Shown: positions 58,130-64,000 of the stretch, one piece after another | Layout of the letters: the number at the start of each line of letters is the position of its first letter | Numbering within the stretch: the first letter of the stretch is position 1 | Assembly: GCA_036149055.1 (NCBI GenBank) | Contig: JAYZQJ010000143.1 | Location: 24,046-88,045, forward strand | Source: Myxococcota bacterium | Lineage (GTDB): Bacteria; Myxococcota_A; Polyangia; Polyangiales; Sandaracinaceae | Reading direction: 5' to 3' | DNA length: 64,000 nucleotides | Program-made: the position numbers and the translations under genes | Notes under the pieces: generated by a model | Seen by the model: the letters and a program-made list of their open reading frames with translations, nothing else | Database searches by the model: none | Told to the model about the DNA's origin: nothing

Positions 58130-58921
58130 ATGACACGGTTTCTCCTCACCTCGCTCGCTGCGCTCGCGATCGCCTGCGGAGGTCCGTCCGCGCCTCCGCC
58201 GGTGGAAGAGGAGGTCGAGAGCGCCGGCGGGGAGGACGAATCGGTCGAGCCGGATCCGGTCGTGCGCACCACGACGCCGGTCCCGGTGCCCCAGCCCGCG
58301 GTCGCTCGGGAGGCGATGACCGAGGCCCTGCAAGCGCTCTGGACCCAGATCGAGGAGGTCGTGGCGATGCGGCCGCCGGAGCCGCCGGAGGAGCCGAGCA
58401 TGGAGGCCATCCAGGCGTGGGCGGACGGACCGCTGGCCGACTGGCTCGAGGCCCGGCACGACGCGATGGGGGTGGCGCGCGAGATCAGCGAGGGCGTGCC
58501 CGACGAGCCCTCGTACGAGCGCGCGGTGGGCGCGGCGCTCTTCGCCTACGCGCTCGAGGATCTCGCGGCCGACGTGCGCGGCGCGCCGGTGCCGGAGGAG
58601 ATCGCCTCCGATCCGGAGCTGCTCGAGATCTACACCGAGCACCTCGACGCCGCGATCCGACCCATCGCGACCGAGTCGGTCGTGTCCTACGCCTACTGCC
58701 AGCGACGCATCGCCGAGCTCGGCGACGACTCCGAGTGGCTGCCCTGGCGCGCCTACTGCGTGCAGCGGGGCCGCGAGGTCATCGAGGTCTACCGCCTCCA
58801 GGAGGACCGCGACCCGACGCCGTCGGAGCCTCAGTCGCGCTGGGCGCCGCGGCGGTACCACGCGCCGATGATCGCGCGCTCCTCGTCGGTGATGCCGGTC
58901 AGGTTCGAGAGCGGCATCTGA
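58130..58921 (+). CDS. Hypothetical lipoprotein
   Basis: LAIAC lipobox; acidic helical body; 3' end overlaps puuD by 91 nt. Confidence 0.72.
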   Translation: MTRFLLTSLAALAIACGGPSAPPPVEEEVESAGGEDESVEPDPVVRTTTPVPVPQPAVAREAMTEALQALWTQIEEVVAMRPPEPPEEPSMEAIQAWADGPLADWLEARHDAMGVAREISEGVPDEPSYERAVGAALFAYALEDLAADVRGAPVPEEIASDPELLEIYTEHLDAAIRPIATESVVSYAYCQRRIAELGDDSEWLPWRAYCVQRGREVIEVYRLQEDRDPTPSEPQSRWAPRRYHAPMIARSSSVMPVRFESGI

Positions 58922-60015
58922 CGCGTGACCACGACCTGCTCGTAGATCAGCGACGCGCGGTCCTCGATCTCCTGCGGGTCCTCGAACATCACGCCCTGCG
59001 GCGGCGCGACGAAGAGCTCGCTCGCCGGGTTCTCGGCGTGGCACTCGACGCAGCGGCGCGCGACGATGTCCTGCACCATCGCGAACGTCGCCTCGCCCTC
59101 GTAGGCCTGCGTGCGCGGCGCGCTCACCAGCGCGAGCGCGACCATCGCCACCGCCGCGGCCGGGAGGATCCAGACGTTCTTCTCGCCCTGCCCGCGCAGG
59201 TTGAACCAGTGCCGCACCCCGGCGCCGATCAGCGCGATCGCGGCGAGGATCGCCCAGTTCCACTCGTGCCCGAAGGTCATCGGGTAGTGGTTGCTCACCA
59301 TGATGAAGAGCACCGGGAGCGTGAAGTAGTTGTTGTGCAGCGAGCGCTGCGCGCCGGCCTTGCCGAGCGAGGGATCGGGCGCCTCGCCCTTCTCCATCGC
59401 GGCGACCGTCTTCTTCTGGTTCGGGATGATCACGAAGAAGACGTTCCACGCCATCATCGTGCCGATGAGCGCGCCGACGTGGATGTAGGCGGCGCGGCTC
59501 CCGAACACCTGGGTGAGCCCGAAGGCGACGCCGGTCATCAGGGCGAAGCCGAGCAGCGAGAAGAAGACCGGGAAGCGGGCGAGCGGGGACTTGCAGAGGT
59601 AGTGGTAGACCACCCAGCCGACGAGCAGGGTGCCGACGCCGAGCGTGATCGCCAGGTGCGGGTGCAGCGCGCGGACCTGCGGATCGATCAGGTAGGCGCT
59701 CGGCTCGAGGTAGTAGACGATCGCGAGCAGCGCGAAGCCGCTGAGCCAGGTGAAGTACGCCTCGTATTTGAACCAGTGCAGCGTCTTCGGCAGGCGCGGG
59801 GGCGCCACCTGGTACTTGACCACCTGGTAGAACTTGCCGCCGTGCACCGACCACAGCTCACCCTCGACGCCCTCGGGCGTGGGGCCGGACTCGACCGGGC
59901 GGACGTGGTTGTTCAACCAGTTGAAGTAGAAGCTCGTCCCAATCCACGCGGCGCCGAAGATGATGTGGAGCCAGCGGACGATCAGCGAGAGCCAGTCTGC
60001 GATCTGTACTTCCAT
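58831..60015 (-). CDS. puuD: Urate hydroxylase PuuD (membrane urate oxidase with cytochrome c domain)
   Basis: RWLHIIFGAAWIGTSFYF, WSVHGG, HWFKYEAYFTWLSG, RSLHNNYFTLPV, SNHYP, CVECH, MP. Confidence 0.92.
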   Translation of the reverse strand: MEVQIADWLSLIVRWLHIIFGAAWIGTSFYFNWLNNHVRPVESGPTPEGVEGELWSVHGGKFYQVVKYQVAPPRLPKTLHWFKYEAYFTWLSGFALLAIVYYLEPSAYLIDPQVRALHPHLAITLGVGTLLVGWVVYHYLCKSPLARFPVFFSLLGFALMTGVAFGLTQVFGSRAAYIHVGALIGTMMAWNVFFVIIPNQKKTVAAMEKGEAPDPSLGKAGAQRSLHNNYFTLPVLFIMVSNHYPMTFGHEWNWAILAAIALIGAGVRHWFNLRGQGEKNVWILPAAAVAMVALALVSAPRTQAYEGEATFAMVQDIVARRCVECHAENPASELFVAPPQGVMFEDPQEIEDRASLIYEQVVVTRQMPLSNLTGITDEERAIIGAWYRRGAQRD

Positions 60016-60059
60016 CCGAAGCGGAGGAGACTAGCAGCCCACGGCGAAAAAGCCGGGAT

Positions 60060-60566
60060 TCAGGGGGCGAGGTTCTGCAGCTCGACCCGGCGCGCGGCGA
60101 GGCGCTGTCGACGGGCGCGCAGCACGCTCAGCATCCCCTCGTTCTGCGCCGCGTGGGCCCGCTCGATGTCGCGGTCGAGATCCGCGAGCCGCGCGTCGAT
60201 CACCACGATCTGCTCCTGGCGGCGCTGGGCCAGCTCCTCCTCGCTCAGCACCACCGTGCCCTCGGGCAGCTCCTGCTCGACCGGCGGGGGCCCGGCGTCG
60301 ACCGGCGGCGCGTAGTCCTCGGGCGGCTGATCGTCGGCGAAGGCGCCCTGCGGCGCGCGGCGCTCGAGGGGGGCGCCGTCGGGGAGCAGCGGCTTGGGTC
60401 GGTTGCCCTCGCCGTCGACCAGCACCTCCGGCTCGTCGTGGCTCGTCCCGCTCTCGGGGGTCTCGTCCACCGGCTCGGGCACGCCGGTGCTCCACCAGTA
60501 CACCCCGCCGAGCAGGGCGCCGATGAGCACCGTCCAGATCGCGAAGCGACGCAGCCTCTCGCTCAC
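60060..60566 (-). CDS. Hypothetical membrane-anchored protein
   Basis: GTG at 60566 overlaps the upstream stop; FAIWTVLIGALLGGVYWW transmembrane segment; C-terminal coiled coil. Confidence 0.7.
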   Translation of the reverse strand: MSERLRRFAIWTVLIGALLGGVYWWSTGVPEPVDETPESGTSHDEPEVLVDGEGNRPKPLLPDGAPLERRAPQGAFADDQPPEDYAPPVDAGPPPVEQELPEGTVVLSEEELAQRRQEQIVVIDARLADLDRDIERAHAAQNEGMLSVLRARRQRLAARRVELQNLAP

Positions 60567-61621
60567 GGCGGGGGTTCTACTCCATCTCCGGGCGGAGGCA
60601 CGTAGGCGAGGATCGACGCCGGGTGCTCGTCGGTGACGACCAGGAAGCCGTCGCCGAAGCGCACCGCGCCCTCCCAGTTCCGGGCGTGCTCGTCGTCCAG
60701 CAGCTCGAAGAGGATCGGCGGGGTGCGGGTGAGGGTGATGCGGTCTTCGGTGATGCGGAGCTCGACCAGCCGCTCCACCGTCCGGCAGCGCGCGTGGCTC
60801 GCGCCCTCGCCGTAGCGCTCGGTCAGCTGACAGACCCCGGGCTGCCACGGCGCGCCCGGCCAGTGATAGTTCGTCACCCAGAAGCGCCCGCGGGCGTCCA
60901 CCTCGGTCGCGTCGGTCACCCGGTACTCGAGCGCCTCGAGGCCGAGCTCGCCGACCGGCCGGAGCTCGCGGTCGAAGGCGAGCACCCGGGGCGCCTCGTT
61001 CACGTCGCCGTTGGTCTCGTAGATCGCGAGCAGCCGGTCGCCCTGCAGCACCAGCGCCTCGTAGCCGGTGTTCACCAGGTCGTTCTGGGCCGGCAGCCGG
61101 GCCCGCCGCTCGGGGTCGAAGATCACCGCGGCCAACCCCCCGCCGGCGTCGCGCTCCACCCGGCCCCGCAGCAGCCAGCCCACCGTCGCCGCGTCGTCGC
61201 GCCGCGCCTCGATCGTCGCGAAGACCTCGTCGCCGTCGAAGACGATCGCCTCGAACCCGTCGAAGCCCTCGATCGCGGTCTCCATGCCGCTGGCCACCAC
61301 CTGGGCGTGGGTGACCTCGACCGCCTCGGCGCTGCCCTCGACGAACGCCTCGAGCTGGTCGCGAGCGATCACGAAGGCGGTGCCGGAGGCCAGGCCCTCG
61401 AGGAGCCCGGGGTACTGCGGCAGCAAGACGAGCTGGTCGCCCGCCCAGGCCATCGCGCTGATCTCGGCGCTCGCGTGCTCGGCGCCGCCGGCGAGCGGGA
61501 TCAGGCGCAGAGGGACCTCGTGATTCCGCACCGGGGGCGGGTTCTCCGCGAGCCACAGGAGCCCGCCCAACGCCACCAGCGCGGTCACGCCGAGCGCGTA
61601 GAGCACGGCCCTTCGGTCCAC
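60563..61621 (-). CDS. Hypothetical exported beta-propeller-like protein
   Basis: N-terminal transmembrane segment; repeated EISAM/GFEAI/GYEAL/NWEGA blade-like motifs. Confidence 0.7.
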   Translation of the reverse strand: MDRRAVLYALGVTALVALGGLLWLAENPPPVRNHEVPLRLIPLAGGAEHASAEISAMAWAGDQLVLLPQYPGLLEGLASGTAFVIARDQLEAFVEGSAEAVEVTHAQVVASGMETAIEGFDGFEAIVFDGDEVFATIEARRDDAATVGWLLRGRVERDAGGGLAAVIFDPERRARLPAQNDLVNTGYEALVLQGDRLLAIYETNGDVNEAPRVLAFDRELRPVGELGLEALEYRVTDATEVDARGRFWVTNYHWPGAPWQPGVCQLTERYGEGASHARCRTVERLVELRITEDRITLTRTPPILFELLDDEHARNWEGAVRFGDGFLVVTDEHPASILAYVPPPGDGVEPPP

Positions 61622-61654
61622 GGCGGGAGGGTAGCAGCGTCTCGCGAGGGCCGG

Positions 61655-62911
61655 CTACGCGCCGAGCGTGGGCGGCGGCGCGAGCCCGTCGAAGAAGCCG
61701 ACGCGCCGCAGGAAGCGGCCGATCTCCCGGAGGTACTCGCCCCGATCGAGGTGCACGAGGTGGCTGCCCGGGAACCAGTGGATCGGGCCGCGCCCCCAGT
61801 GCTCCCAGAGGAGGCGGGAGTGCTTCGGCGGCGCCAGCCGATCGCCGACGCCGCCGATGACGAAGAGGCGGTCCCGGGGCAGCTTCGGCGCGTAGGTGAG
61901 CGGGCAGCTCACCGCGAGGAGGTGCCGCGCGTCCGCGAGGCACAGGCCTTGCCGCTTCAGGGCGAAGCGCACGATCGAGCCCATCGGCTCCCACTCGTGC
62001 ACGAGGTCCGGCACGCTGGCCACCGGCACGTTGGCGATCGCGAACCGGAGGCGCGGCTCCACCGCCGCGAGGAGGCCGGTGGTGAAGCCGCCGAGCGAGA
62101 CCCCCATCACCCCGACCTCGCGCACCCCGAGCGTGTGCTGGAAGTGATCGAGGAAGATCCGGAAGTCGAAGACGCCCTGGGCGAAGGCCTCGTTGATGCG
62201 GTTGACCCCGCCGGCGAAGAAGCCGTGACCGCTGAACGGCGAGAAGCGGGTCTGGCGCGCCCCGTGGAACGGGAGCGTCACCAGGCACACGTCGAAGCCA
62301 CGCTCGTAGAGCCAGGGGAGGGCGAAGAACCACTCGTTCAGCAGGTAGAGGTCGGCGCTGAAGCCGTGGATCGCCATGATCGTCGGGCGCGGGCCGTCCG
62401 CGTGTCGCCAGTGCCGCGCGCGGGCCGTCCGGTTCTTGCGGTGACGCAGGTAGCCGTCTCGCTCGCGCGGGTTGGCGGGCACGAACGGGCTCTCGAACGA
62501 GAGATCGTGGCAGACGCCGCCCGGCGGCCGGAAGCGCGGGAGGCGCGCGCTCGCGGTCTTCACCGAGACCCCGTGCGGCGGCGTCTCGAAGAAGCGCGAC
62601 GGATCGCCGCTCTCGGCCATCGGCCCGTAGAAGCTGCGATCGTCGAGGGCCTGCCGGAGCTTCTTCGGCCCGTAGCCCAGCGGCATCGCGGTGGCCCCGA
62701 CCAGGCACGCGCCCAGCGTGCGCAGCACCACGTCGCTCGCCGCCGTCGTCCGGACCTGGAGTCGATCTCGGAGCGCGAGCCGGAAGGGCTCCGGCTGATC
62801 CGGGAAGTCGGCGGCGAGCTGCTCCCACCAGTGATCGCCGCCCGGCAGGAGGGCGGGCTCGTCGACGCAGGTGTCGTGAGCGATGCGTGAAACGACCGAC
62901 GCGAGTGACAT
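61655..62911 (-). CDS. Alpha/beta hydrolase
   Basis: AIHGF, LPFHGAR, GVSLGG, GDRLAP, FPGSH. Confidence 0.88.
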   Translation of the reverse strand: MSLASVVSRIAHDTCVDEPALLPGGDHWWEQLAADFPDQPEPFRLALRDRLQVRTTAASDVVLRTLGACLVGATAMPLGYGPKKLRQALDDRSFYGPMAESGDPSRFFETPPHGVSVKTASARLPRFRPPGGVCHDLSFESPFVPANPRERDGYLRHRKNRTARARHWRHADGPRPTIMAIHGFSADLYLLNEWFFALPWLYERGFDVCLVTLPFHGARQTRFSPFSGHGFFAGGVNRINEAFAQGVFDFRIFLDHFQHTLGVREVGVMGVSLGGFTTGLLAAVEPRLRFAIANVPVASVPDLVHEWEPMGSIVRFALKRQGLCLADARHLLAVSCPLTYAPKLPRDRLFVIGGVGDRLAPPKHSRLLWEHWGRGPIHWFPGSHLVHLDRGEYLREIGRFLRRVGFFDGLAPPPTLGA

Positions 62912-62995
62912 CCATCCGGAGGATAACGCCCCCGCCGGGCTGACGAGGACTTCACTCCGGCCAGCGAGCGCCGTTCTGGCCTATGCTCGGTGGTC

Positions 62996-63784
62996 ATGTC
63001 GGAGGTCGGGGAGACGCGGGGCGCGATCGCCCGCGCGTGGGCGTGGCCCAGCCTCGGCGTCGCGGTGGCGTACTTCGTCGTCGCGCGCGTCAGCCTCCTG
63101 CTCGCGATCCCGCCGGGGTTCGCCGCCCCGATCTGGCCGGCCGCCGGGATCGCGGTGGTGGCGCTCCTGCGCTGGCCGCGGGCCTGGCCGGGGGTGCTCG
63201 TCGGCTCGATCGCCGCCAACCTCGTCCAGGCGAGCGGGGGTCCGGCGACGCTCGCCGCGTTCGGCATCGGCACGGGCGCGACGCTCCAGGCGCTGGCCGG
63301 CGCGCACCTCACGCGTCGCTGGATCGGCTGGCCGAACGAGCTGGCCGCGCCGCGGGAGATCCTCCTCTTCTTCGTCGCGATCGGGCCGGCGCCGCAGCTG
63401 GTGAACGCGATCTTCGGCCCGCTCTGCCTCTTCGCTACCGGGGTGGTGCCCGCCGCGGCGCTGCCGCTGACCATGTCGGTCTGGTGGGTGGGCGACACCC
63501 TCGGCGCGGTCGCGTGCGCCCCGCTCCTGCTCGCCGCGATCGGCCGACGTCGATCCGGCTTCGCCATCGCCGCGCCCACCGCGATCGTGCTCGGGGTGGT
63601 GACCCTGGGCTACCTCGCGGCGAGCCGGAGCGAGCGGGCCGGGCTCGAGCGCCAGATGGATCGCCGGGTGGACGGGCTGGCCACCGCGCTCGAGGGCGAG
63701 GTCGCCAGCTACGTCGAGTCGGTGCACGCGCTGGCGCAGATCCAGGGCGCCCGGCCCGGAGGGCTGCCGGACGCGGAGCTGCGC
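62996..63784 (+). CDS. MASE1-domain membrane sensor protein (N-terminal part; 3' portion unreliable)
   Basis: AYFVVARVSLLLAIPPGFAAPIWPAAGIA, WPGVL, WWVGDTLG; sequence loses coding character after ~63784. Confidence 0.8.
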
Positions 63785-64000
63785 GCGGGGGCGCCCGCGC
63801 GGCCGGGCCCGGACCCCCCGCGGACCCCCACCGCGGGGGGGGCGCGCGGCGCCGCGGCCGGCCCGCGCGGGTCCCCGCCCCGCCCCCTCGGGTGGGGGGT
63901 GTGGGGGGGGTGGGGGGCCGGCGGGGCGGTCGCCCCCGCCCGCAGCTCCGCGTCCGGCAGCCCTCCGGGCCGGGCGCCCTGGATCTGCGCCAGCGCGTGC
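63724..64000. repeat. Fold-back inverted repeat (63724-63783 is the reverse complement of 63941-64000)
   Basis: Perfect 60-nt match reaching the window edge, with a G/C homopolymer-rich spacer. Confidence 0.9.

Noticed and set aside
54187..60015. Purine catabolism cluster linking the 5'-nucleotidase and puuD
   Set aside because: The genes are on opposite strands, separated by unrelated genes, and no other purine degradation genes are present
63784..63940. Functional G-quadruplex or telomere-like tract
   Set aside because: It sits at the centre of a fold-back and interrupts a gene, which is better explained by low-quality sequence

Overview
Very GC-rich bacterial DNA with a myxobacterial (Polyangiales/Sandaracinaceae-like) gene repertoire: eukaryote-type Ser/Thr kinases, PEGA/TPR proteins and Cys-rich lipoproteins. 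The taxonomy is inferred from gene content only. About 60 likely CDSs are present; I recognised no rRNA, tRNA or CRISPR array. Main blocks are: (1) an ECF42-type sigma operon with a matching promoter; (2) a six-gene, translationally coupled orphan biosynthetic operon at 5399-13319 (minus) encoding a Zn-dehydrogenase, an AsnB amidotransferase, a SAM methyltransferase, a 2OG-Fe(II)-oxygenase-like protein, a stand-alone NRPS-like A-T-R reductase and a NadR-like nucleotidyltransferase/kinase, which is the best candidate for an undescribed system; (3) two ~0.8-0.9 kb arrays built from triple octamers (CGCARAGN)x3 in direct and inverted orientation, one of which interrupts a MoxR/DUF58/VWA operon yet forms a 286-codon ORF flush with both neighbours; (4) a Y1/HUH RAYT-like transposase beside its own REP-like cluster; (5) BLUF, truncated globin, a VKOR-thioredoxin/TlpA module, fabF, map with an HTH-only LysR, MscS-cNMP, a cN-II-type nucleotidase and puuD. 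A 25-aa membrane sORF below the ORF-track cutoff is also present. The last ~280 nt form a fold-back inverted repeat that is probably an assembly artefact. All family calls come from motif recognition by eye, without database searches.
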